NCBI GenBank assembly: GCA_002633005.1
Contig: NMRA01000711.1
Coordinates: forward strand, 85,907-149,906
Origin: Phoronis australis
Lineage: Eukaryota; Animalia; Phoronida
Length of the DNA stretch: 64,000 bases
Reading direction: 5' to 3'
Shown in pieces: positions 14,401 to 25,089 of the stretch. How positions within the stretch are numbered: position 1 is the first letter of the stretch; each line of letters opens with the position of its first letter. The position numbers and the translations under genes are program-made. Below the pieces are notes generated by a model. It was not told where the DNA came from and searched no databases. It worked only from the letters and a program-made list of their open reading frames with translations.

Positions 14401-15632
14401 TCCAGCTCTTTCAAGATTGACGCCAATGATGCATTATCAAATGACATGACCAGAATTGGTTGAATTCATCAAAAGCTGGTTTATTTTCTTTTTTTGTGAA
14501 GTCAATTTTTCACAAACTAACAAAGCACACATTTTTCGTGTTAATACCCTTTAGAATAAAGGTCCTTTGGTTTTGAGACCACAAACCTATGAAAATGAAA
14601 GTAGTAATAAGAAAAACACAACTTAATTCAGAAGCTCAAAAGGCCACTGCTCCTTAAACGTCTTTACTACTAACTTCCCATTGGACTATCGACCTGCAGG
14701 AATGCTAAAAGGGGACATACCTAACAGATTTGAACTACAAAGAAATCAAAAAAGTATTATTGTTATTATAATTGTTAATGTTATATTATTGTTTGTGTAA
14801 GATAGTACATTTTAGTAAGAATGTAGGATCCATGTCTATGGTCCGAAGTTCCAGTGTTAGCTCCAATCCTTAGTCCGACAATAAAAATCGGTCGCTCTAA
14901 TGTACAAACCTCATAGCTAAATACATACGCCATGGTGTCAAGTATTTCACCACGTGTAAAGTATAACTAAAGATTCCATTACTAGATATATACATCACAT
15001 GAATGACAGCTTTTGCAATGTGTGCAAGGACACCTGTCAAATGATTTAAGCTTTACACTAAGAAAATTGTAAAAAGTGTACAGAATATTGAAACTAAGTA
15101 GATACCTCTCAGGCCTAAGTATAGTAAAATATACAGAAAATTCCTGTAAATCCCCAAAATTAACAAAAACTATTTTATGACTGCTTTCACAATGCATGCA
15201 TTATGAAAAACAACATCCTGCTCAACCTTCGAACTTTTATCATAGCAAAATGTATTGTTTAAAATTTCAATTTATTTTCAGGTGATACACTGAATAAATG
15301 TTACTATTATGAAGTCTGGAAACTTCTAGGTTAAGGGAAAATTGACCAAACTATGCAGTGATGGTGAAAGTGGTGATGACAATACGACCGTCTCCATGGA
15401 GGTGGGAAAAGAGTCATCAGGATGTGTTAGTGACGCTAAAAGTGATGTTCACAGGACATTTAATAAGAGTGCAGCAAAGTTAAGAGGATCTGCCTTTGCT
15501 AATGAGAGTAGCCATGAATATCATAATTATGTTTTTTGTGTCTTAAGCTACATAGTGCCTCCTCAGTTCCCTAAAGTCTTCATTGTCACCATCATCCCTT
15601 CAACAACAGCCTTTCAGAGTTTTGTTAATTAG
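11452..15632 (+). pseudogene. Decayed multi-exon gene inside the TA-flanked element
   Basis: Chain of splice signals: donor after 11478 (GTAAGT), exon 12929-12979 (or to 13032), exon 13485-13573, acceptor before 15282, AATAAA near 16003. One frame reads DENVVDPFSSSYNDTDG-DEEVRECRFRHKVFSS then stops. Confidence 0.35.
14090..14233. mobile_element. MITE, CATGGGC TIR, 5-bp TSD TGTAA
   Basis: TGTAA|CATGGGCGGCG...CGCTGCCCATG|TGTAA. The interior is a dimer of the core seen at 46777. Confidence 0.8.
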
Positions 15633-16160
15633 ACAATACAGACAAATGACACTGCAGTTTTTGCAGTTAAAACATCTTTAAAAATAACTGCTTTCAGTTA
15701 CTGAGAATGGTAATCACTATGTATCAGCATTTTGTATGAAGAAAGCAAACACGATTTAATCTAAAACTATCACATTTTCTTTAATTATATTTGTAGTCGC
15801 AATTGTCACTAAGATGGTCGTAGTCTGAAATTGTGGTGACTGAAAGCCTGCTAAGATCCGTATGTTGCGCAGGATGAAACTGTTTGTACATGTATATCAC
15901 AAACATTGGTTCTATAGATGTACATTGTATCCTATATTTTTGGTGACCATCATTTGATTGTAAAGATAATTTGGATATTAATATTTCACTATGTGCCAGA
16001 TCAATAAATGGTTAAGTTTTCATCTGTGAGAGTTTTTATTGGCGAATTAAGCAAGAATGTCATTCACGATGGTTTCAACGTGTAGAAGAGTATTTTTATC
16101 AAAGGTATCAACATCACCGTAGAGCCTGACAGAGATGGCGTCATCTGCTCACGTTTCAGA

Positions 16161-16355
16161 ATTAGAAAACGGACAATTGCCGCACATTACTTTCCCTGTA
16201 TCGCTCACTATCATTTCACTTCATGGATATGACTTGAAGGGTAATCGACACTTGTTGCCCCTCTGTACATATCCTGATGATGTCTAGTTGAATAAGACGA
16301 AACGTTGAGTTACCATGAACTTCTTGATTTGTGCGGCAACTGTCCGTTTTCTAAT
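16161..16355 (+). mobile_element. Penelope-like terminal remnant with inverted repeat
   Basis: 26-bp inverted repeat (16161-16186 and 16330-16355, 1 mismatch) enclosing a hammerhead-like core. Confidence 0.5.
16268..16312 (+). ncRNA. Minimal type I hammerhead ribozyme-like motif (Penelope type)
   Basis: CTGATGA (16274-16280), T, stem II GTCT/AGAC, GAAAC (16299-16303), GTT. Helix III is palindromic (AACGTT); helix I is weak. Confidence 0.5.
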
Positions 16356-17683
16356 CGTACTTTGGTCAAAAATGATGTGGTTTCAGAATTATAAACAGAT
16401 AAAAGGATCATTCATTTTTAAGTTTGAAAGTGGTAAAATCTGTTGTGGACCCATACACGTTATTCCAGTGGTCTCTGGAATAGTGCATTTTTGGCACATA
16501 AAACATTAACCGGATAAGACATATACATAGTTGCGTGGCTTGTATATTAGGTGGAAAACCGGGTTATAAAAATACTGGGGCATATATCTAATGGGACATA
16601 TAAAGTTGCGGGGTATATATTGTATACACCCAATGGGACATATATACTTGCGGGCTATATATTGTACTGGGGTATATACCTAGCGAGGTATATATAATTG
16701 CGGGATATATATTGTTCCGGGGCATATACCCAATGGGGCATATATAGTTGCGGGCTATATATTATATATATACCCCGGAACGAGGTCTCAAAATTTTACC
16801 CCACTTCAAGGTTTCAAAAAATAACCCCATATCTGCATACAAACATGTATATATATATATGTATATATATATATATANNNNNNNNNNNNNNNNNNNNNNN
16901 NNNNNNNNNNNNNNNNNNNNNNNNNNNNNNNNNNNNNNNNNNNNNNNNNNNNNNNNNNNNNNNNNNNNNNNNNNNNNNNNNNNNNNNNNNNNNNNNNNNN
17001 NNNNNNNNNNNNNNNNNNNNNNNNNNNNNNNNNNNNNNNNNNNNNNNNNNNNNNNNNNNNNNNNNNNNNNNNNNNNNNNNNNNNNNNNNNNNNNNNNNNN
17101 NNNNNNNNNNNNNNNNNNNNNNNNNNNNNNNNNNNNNNNNNNNNNNNNNNNNNNNNNNNNNNNNNNNNNNNNNNNNNNNNNNNNNNNNNNNNNNNNNNNN
17201 NNNNNNNNNNNNNNNNNNNNNNNNNNNNNNNNNNNNNNNNNNNNNNNNNNNNNNNNNNNNNNNNNNNNNNNNNNNNNNNNNNNNNNNNNNNNNNNNNNNN
17301 NNNNNNNNNNNNNNNNNNNNNNNNNNNNNNNNNNNNNNNNNNNNNNNNNNNNNNNNNNNNNNNNNNNNNNNNNNNNNNNNNNNNNNNNNNNNNNNNNNNN
17401 NNNNNNNNNNNNNNNNNNNNNNNNNNNNNNNNNNNNNNNNNNNNNNNNNNNNNNNNNNNNNNNNNNNNNNNNNNNNNNNNNNNNNNNNNNNNNNNNNNNN
17501 NNNNNNNNNNNNNNNNNNNNNNNNNNNNNNNNNNNNNNNNNNNNNNNNNNNNNNNNNNNNNNNNNNNNNNNNNNNNNNNNNNNNNNNNNNNNNNNNNNNN
17601 NNNNNNNNNNNNNNNNNNNNNNNNNNNNNNNNNNNNNNNNNNNNNNNNNNNNNNNNNNNNNNNNNNNNNNNNNNNNNNNNNNN

Positions 17684-19883
17684 TGGTGGTTGAGTTGTGG
17701 GTGCCTCAGTCGGTGGTGGTTGAGTTGTGGGTGCCTCAGTCGGTTGTGGTTGAGTTGTGGGTGCTTCAGTCAGTGGTGGTTGAGTTGTGACATCCTCAGT
17801 CGCCTGATGTTTGGTTGTGGGTGACTCTGTTTGTGGTGATTGACTTGTTGGCGTTTTAGTTCGATGTGGCAGCGTGGTCGTTGACTTTTGTCTTGTCGGC
17901 TGTGGAGTGGCTGGTATGCAGTTAACATTTCTGGGCCAATCACATCTTTGCTTAAGTTCGTTAAAGTGGAGGCCTGTTGGACAGTTTCTTGTCCAAAAGT
18001 AATTATTGTAACACTGGTAAAATCTCCCACAGTCAATTGGATCTCTGAATAATCCTGTTGGCTGAGGACAGTGAAAGCCCGGAGCCATTGTCGGTGTTAC
18101 TGCACAGCCAGCACGCCACGCGTAGTCACATGACTTAATCTCTTCGTTGAAGTGAAGTCTAGGCGGACAACTCATTCGGAAGTACACGTTGTTGTGACAG
18201 TGATAGAAGCGAGAGCAGTTTCGGGGATCTCTGAAAAAACCGTTCGGTTTCGGGCACTCAAACTCTTCGACTCCAGGAGGACCTTTCGTGCGAACTGTTG
18301 TTATTTGTGTCAGAGGGGTTGTTGTGGTACCCCTCAACTGACAGTTGGCATTTTGAGGCCAGTCACATACTTGGTTCGCTTGACTGAAGTGGAGACCGCT
18401 TGGACACTCCTTGCGCCAGTAAAACCCATGAAAACACTGGTAAAAGTAATGACAGCTGGTCGGATCATTGAACAGGCCAGTCGCGGTGGGGCACGCGAAA
18501 CCTTCAGCTCTGGTCGCGCTTAGGATCAAATATGTTCCTGCAATAAATAGATTCTTGTATAATATGCCACTAACTTTATCTGAAACAAACTCAATGAAAA
18601 CATTCCCAATTATATTGTGAAATTTAATAACCCTAGCTATCTGGGGCCTCCCATAACGTTCTCGGTATACACACAAGTTCTTGAACCACCTTCTGTGTTA
18701 ACATGAAGAACTTTTTTAAAAGTCAAACCTGATATATATAGACCCACAGTTGCTCGCGGAAATCGAACTTGGTACTCACTGCAAGAAATATTGTTTCGAA
18801 ATTGAACAATTTTAAACAAGTTAATATTAATCTTGATTGAAAATCAAAGAATAGCACTCGGTGAATAAACTAATAATTTGTTTCGCTGTATCCGTTACAT
18901 GAACTGACTCGAGAGCCTGGAGCCTGCTACTATCGACTATTCAACCACGTGGCCGCGTAAAACACCTTTAAATATCTCAGCGAAGTGAACTCACTGAACC
19001 ATAGGCTAAGCCTATTGATGCGAAACAAAACTGGATAAAAATTATTTGGTCAAGACAAATAGGAAGACGTCCAGCAATGTCTTCACCCAAAACATTAATG
19101 AACAAACGGGTGCCATGGCATCCCGTCTTGCTTCCCAAAACAAGTTCATTACTTGGCCACTACAATTGTTACAAATTTAATTTCAAAACGTTTTTAAGAT
19201 ACGGATATACAAATCAATGTGACAAAAATATTGTCGGTCGTTCCAAAAATTGACTGATTCAAATGAATCGCACGTTTTGTCAACCAAACATTGAAACAGG
19301 CGCTATTCGAAAGGAAAATTGTAAACCCGATTTTCTTTTTGATTTTGCGCCAGCAATGTCACGCCCTCTGTCGAAAATAACTTTTGATTTAGAACATTTG
19401 CAGTTATAAAATCGATCTCGTCTTGCTCTTCATTCAGTTTCATTAGAGATGATTTCAAAGCTTTAGCAGACTTGATAGTTCGTTTTGTTCAGTCCCGCCA
19501 GTGTTCTCTTAACGGCGCTTTTTTGCAACAGCAGCTACCGACCCAGCGTCGCCGTCAAGTGTGAATCCAAGCATTTTGTAGCAACCAAGTATAATTAACA
19601 CGAAGGATAAGAACGCGGTGACGGCTGTGAAGAAAATTGTTTTCGTCACCAGTGATTGGAATGAGAAGAAAATTTAAGTCTAGGATACTCGCATATACTG
19701 GAAAATGAAAGAAGTGAAAATTATCAGGAAGCGTAATCTCGTTCACACGAATCTGGTCATTGTCTCAAGAAAAGAACAATGATACTGTAAGTCTTACCGT
19801 AACAACAAAGCCTTACCATAGCAACACCACAACACTCTGTAAGTCTTACCATAGCAACACCACAACAAGATGAGATTCTTCAT
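17684..19883 (-). CDS. Secreted chitin-binding peritrophin-A (3x CBM14) mucin-like protein, N-terminal part
   Basis: Exon 1 is 19883-19850 (MKNLILLWCCY G|GTAAGA). It splices in phase 1 to exon 2 at 18537 (TTGCAG|), giving the signal peptide MKNLILLWCCYGTYLILSATRA. Three 6-Cys domains (CP..G.F.DP..C..FY.C......CP..LHF......CD......C) precede T/P-rich repeats that run into an 806-N gap. Confidence 0.9.
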
Positions 19884-20779
19884 TACGTCACCTGGCCTTT
19901 GCTTAATTGCTTTCTTCGGGAAAAGTGAAAATCTTTAGAACGTTTTCATGCGATGATTCAAAATGAGACTCGCCACTCCGGAAAGTCGACTGAAGATGCT
20001 CTGTTGCTATTTACAGTTTTGGAAAGATGGCCCAACGTTCCCCCAATATATACCCAGTGCATTTACCAAGAATAACAACAGGATACTCTTCGAATGACGC
20101 AGATTACGCGGACTATCAAACAACAACTGAGCAGCAACCGCAGGTGATAAAAGGTAATAAAACGACAAACTTCAGGTCATTGGTAGCACATCACGTTTTG
20201 CATTGAGTGATGTCCCAACTTAATTTTATTGTACCGTTTCATGCGCTTCTCGTTTAGCATTTGCTGGGTACTCATTTTGGCGAAAATTTCTTTTCCTTTG
20301 ATCATGTGATGATCAAGTGAGCAGAAACTGGTTTATGAAGATCGAAGGTTATACATGCACACGCATGCACATCAAAATTGAATATGACGTAAGCAGCGTT
20401 GGCTACCACAATTTCAAGAAATGAAAAAGAGTGCCTGAGTTACTAATTCACGACACTTAACAGATTTATTGTTCAAATCTCTTTATTAAATATACTCAGT
20501 TGTGGAACTATGCACAATGCCATTCATGCCCGTTCATTCGAGACTTTTTTAAAAACAGAAGTCGAGGAATTGTTAGCTTTTTCATACAAACAGAAAATTG
20601 TGGGAAAATTCGAAAACATATTTTGGAAAAATCCCCAAAATGACTCACATGAACGAGGGAAGATGCTGTTCACTCTCCTTTCAGAAATCAAACTATGATT
20701 TAAGAAAATTAAGAATTTGTAACCAATCAACATTAAAAATTCACGACACGTCAACTCCAACTCCTCTTGTAATGGTTCT

Positions 20780-21083
20780 GTTACATGTAAGTGTACATAA
20801 CGGATACCAATATGTTATATGTAAGTGTACATAACGGATATCAATATGTTACATGTAAGTGTACATAACGGATACCAATATGTTATATGTAAGTGTACAT
20901 AACGTATACCAATATGTTACATGTAAGTGTACATAACGGATACCAATATGTTACATGTAAGTGTACATAACGGATACCAATATGTTATATGTAAGTGTAC
21001 ATAACGGATACCAATATGTTATATGTAAGTGTACATAACGTATACCAATATGTTATACGTAAGTGTACATAACGGATACCAAT
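20780..21083. repeat. 34-bp minisatellite, about 9 copies
   Basis: Unit GTTAYATGTAAGTGTACATAACGGATACCAATAT, no spacers. Confidence 0.95.
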
Positions 21084-23199
21084 CTATTATCTTAATTGTC
21101 CAGTTAAACGAATTGTCTCCATTAAGCTGTTACACGCTCTTCACTTGAATACACTTGCTCTCATTCTTTAACTCATTTACTAATAATACAACAGGCGTCG
21201 TTCTAGTCAAATGCATGGTTCTCATTGACTCATTTTCATTTAACTATGATAAATGATACTGAATCTTCAATCATTTATAATAGTTAGATTTTAATTTACC
21301 ATTACCTTTACATATACACCTAACAGTTTACTATGTACGTTCATTCCCACATCTCATAATACACGAATTCACCTTTGAGGTCACTGTATTTGTGTAATGC
21401 TATTCAAATTGTAAAAATGGAAATATCCAAGTTTAGGGTAAAAATAATCCTTTGGCAAAAACCACAGCCTGTCTGTTAGTGAGTTCGTCGACATTTCAGA
21501 AAGAAATTATGGTACGCCCTTGTTTACTATTTTATAGTGAGTATGAATAATTTTGTTGATGTCAAGTGTATTTTGACAACACAGAAAAACATAAACCCCT
21601 CATAAATACCGCGATAAGGAGTATAGCTCACTGTTCTGTGTAGAACATGACATATACCTGATTACCCTCGACAAGTTCTGTGTTCACTTAACAGCCTTGG
21701 GCGTGGGCGAAACTGTTTTCTTATTAGCAAAAGTTCACAAAGGAATATCGCCTTATTCTCGGCAGAAAAATTCGCGAAGGTAGATAATTAATTCATTAGT
21801 TAATGTTAATAATTGAAACTGACTGCAAATAAACCTTTCAATTAAAATCCTCTCTGTTATCTTCTAGCTGTTATAAGCATTTCCGTCACTCAAACATATG
21901 CATTCAGTGTTATCTTAGCGAGAGCTTATCAGAATTAAAGTTAATTTAGTTGCTCCTGTATCACACTGTAGCCTCACGTTTATAAATTATCATCACAAGA
22001 ACGTGTAAACGTACACATTTTTCGGAACAGAGACTTGAAATCATGTGACGTAATTGTTATCGGAACTACGTAATATTCTTGAAATCTTGACCCGGATGGA
22101 AATAGCAGAGCGAGATAGCAGTTGGCGACTTCGGTACGTAACGGCGAAAGGATGACGTCAGATTTCTCGATAAAGATAACGCGACGTCTGTTGCCTTTTA
22201 GTCTGCAAAGATGAGCGACCGAATTTTGTGTTTGAATTAAAATTACGTTGAATGATGCAAACAAGTGTGTGGCTTATAAATGTTTGAAACAAGGTAGGCG
22301 TTATTCGTTTTAGCTAAGAACCAGTGAGATACTGGTTCCTAAGCTATAGCTACCAGAAATCCCATAACAATTTAAAAGTCCCATATGCCGCGGAACTAAG
22401 TTGACTCCGATTAGTTTATCATGCTTGGTGCTCAGGTGTTTGGGCGGTCCTATTTAATAATCTTCCTAAAACGCAAGTTAGCAGGAAATTGTCTGCGCGT
22501 TTGTATGTGTTATGTAAGCTTGCTATTCAGTTGATTGTGGTTTATATAGCATAATGGATACAGGCTAAAGTTATAGTGGTCATGTACATGTACGCCCCAG
22601 TTTTGTAGCCATTTTATCTACGACAACCTGCGTACAACTAAATTTGAGGTATATTTAGATCGGGTTAAGTTCCATTCATCTTTAGAATGCTTGCATGACT
22701 TTGCAATTTCTTGTGGACACTGATTTCAGTTGTTTTACAACTGTTAATTAATGTTTATCAACGTTTTCCTGGACGCGGCTCTGTCAAGCTCAATCTGGGT
22801 TTAGCGGCTACGGTTTGCGGCTGATCAACAATATTTCTATGTAGTTCTTCACGCTGCCCAAAATCCTCCACCCTGCTCGCAGTCTTGACTTGTAAGCTGT
22901 GTTTGTTTAGAGCAGAGTAGCTACGTTCTGAGAGGTGGCACTTTGGAAATGAAGACGTGGTGGTTCTAATTTATGAATATTTTGTTGTAGCGGTCACTCC
23001 AAAATTATTGCGGATCCGCGGCTATACTCTGACGTTGTCAGCCCAAGCTATGAAGGTTATCATTACTACGGAAAAAACTATGTGTTTCAACCACCTATAG
23101 ACTGTGATTGATAAAAAGATTCACTCTGCCCGTGTTATGGGTCCGAAATGTGGGCTACCAAGAAGACGAATGGCTTGAAAAAGCGCATTAAATTTTGTA

Positions 23200-24254
23200 A
23201 ACGTGCGTTTGGTGTTGCTAACTTATGTTGAGCGAATGAGGAAAATCACGATTGCGGTTATTAACCAAATAGCATATCATATTTTTCAGTCATTGTTTCA
23301 TACTTCTCTCGAAATGGATCCTTATCCTACTTAAGTCAAGATTAGCATTGGAAAATTTGAATGATTTGTAAAAGTATGGTCAGTATTCACGGAGTTATGC
23401 CTCTTCTGTTGTACTCATTGTCAAATTATGAAGTTCTACGGAGTTTGGTTGGATCAAGTTGTTGTACGTTAAAATTCATAACTGGGAATTTTTTGGAAAG
23501 AAGAAGGGGTTGTTATTTGAAAGGTTGGCAATAATGTATATGCCTGGCATTTAATTCAAAAGTGCATTTAATAAGCATGAATTTAAGATTGAATTCGATT
23601 TTCAAATTTAACTCTGTCTATATTTCCGTATACAGATTATGGTCATGGCTTGTTTTTAAGGTTAAATCACAAACTGTTAATTGAAGTAAGCACACACTTA
23701 GATATTGACCACGTGGATATAGTGTNAACGTGCGTTTGGTGTTGCTAACTTGTGTTGAGCGAATGAGGAAAATCACGATTGCGGTTATTAACCAAATAGC
23801 ATATCATATTTTTCAGTCATTGATTCATACTTCTCTCGAAATGGATCCTTATCCTACTTAAGTCAAGATTAGCATTGGAAAATTTGAATGTTTTGTAAAA
23901 GTATGGTCAGTATTCACGGAGTTATGCCTCTTCTGTTGTACTCAAATTGTCAAATTATGAAGTTCTACGGAGTTTGGTTGGATCAAGTTGTTGTACGTTA
24001 AAATTCATAACTGGGAATTTTTTGGAAAGAAGAAGGGGTTGTTATTTGAAAGGTTGGCAATAATGTATATGCCTGGCATTTAATTCAAAAGTGCATTTAA
24101 TAAGCATGAATTTAAGATTGAATTCGATTTTCAAATTTAACTCTGTCTATATTTCCGTATACAGATTATGGTCATGGCTTGTTTTTAAGGTTAAATCACA
24201 AACTGTTAATTGAAGTAAGCACACACTTAGATATTGACCACGTGGATATAGTGT
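23200..24254. repeat. Approximately 527-bp direct duplication split by a single N (likely haplotype-overlap artefact)
   Basis: 23200-23725 and 23727-24254 differ by about three substitutions and a 2-bp indel. The junction is the N at 23726. Confidence 0.85.
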
Positions 24255-25089
24255 ATCTCTCCGTCTCAATATTATTCAGGACATGAACGCCATATTCTTT
24301 TCAACTGCAGTAGGTACACTGAACAAAGAGAAAAGTATATAGATACTACGGTAAGCATACCTCCCTAAGCGACAATGATAATGAATATTGTAACTTTATA
24401 AATATGTTTTCTAAACCTTTCAAATTTGTGAGAACTTTTTACGCGCTTAAACATGTAAACGATGTTTTTTCTGTGATGGTCCAATGTCCTTAAGAAATAC
24501 TATTGACTGATTGATTGATAAAAAATCTTAACGAGCAAAAATAGCCAAGTGTTGTAGACTCCTTTCTATTTTTTAATTGAACCTCTTTTCGAGAATATTG
24601 GTAAGACAAGTGAGCCCTCAAAATTTACAGTTGTTCTTGAGTCCAACTATTTTTTGGGACTGTACTCACGTACTCCATGTTTCAACTAATTCGGTCTCAA
24701 GTTGACTTACGAATGCCCAGCGAGATAGTAAAAGGCATACATGTACGGGCATTGAGTCACAACACACGGTGGCAATACAGGGATCAAACTTGAGTAGTTT
24801 TTGCAACAATAGCGCAACAAGGCTTATGGTCAAGGCTGAGAAGATAATTGTTTTATTACCCCCTATAGATTGTGAATAGCCCAGCCCAGAATGTGAATCC
24901 TGCTAGACTCCATTTGAACACGATTACCTGACAAATAGTACAAACTGGACTGAATTTTAATGACACAATATATTTAATACTTTTTCAAAACACTTCATTA
25001 TATACACTATTTACATACCGTGAGAAAAAAATTGGAATGTTAAATAAGAAGCAATCCCATGTAACATAGTGTCAAGTTAACGAAGTAAT

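Larger units (their letters stand above)
10996..16877. mobile_element. Unclassified (TA)n-flanked element with imperfect TIRs and GGGGYATATAT subterminal repeats
   Basis: Read inward, both ends give (TA)nCA(TA)nC, then AGATccGGGGcATTTTT..TGAGACCTT..GTGGGGT (left) versus AGATatGGGGttATTTTTTGAAACCTT..GTGGGGT (right, reverse complement). About ten GGGG/GGGA-YATATA repeats at 16555-16780. Confidence 0.5.

Noticed and set aside
16698-17824. Long plus-strand ORFs of 331 and 358 aa
   Set aside because: They are open only because they cross the 806-N gap.
18538-18676. N-terminus MCVYRERY... of the 620-aa ORF
   Set aside because: Intronic read-through upstream of the acceptor at 18537; the signal-peptide exon is at 19883-19850.
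20780-21083. CRISPR-like appearance of the 34-, 36- and 40-bp arrays (also 42714 and 57520)
   Set aside because: Head-to-tail repeats with no unique spacers, no cas genes, and a eukaryotic context.
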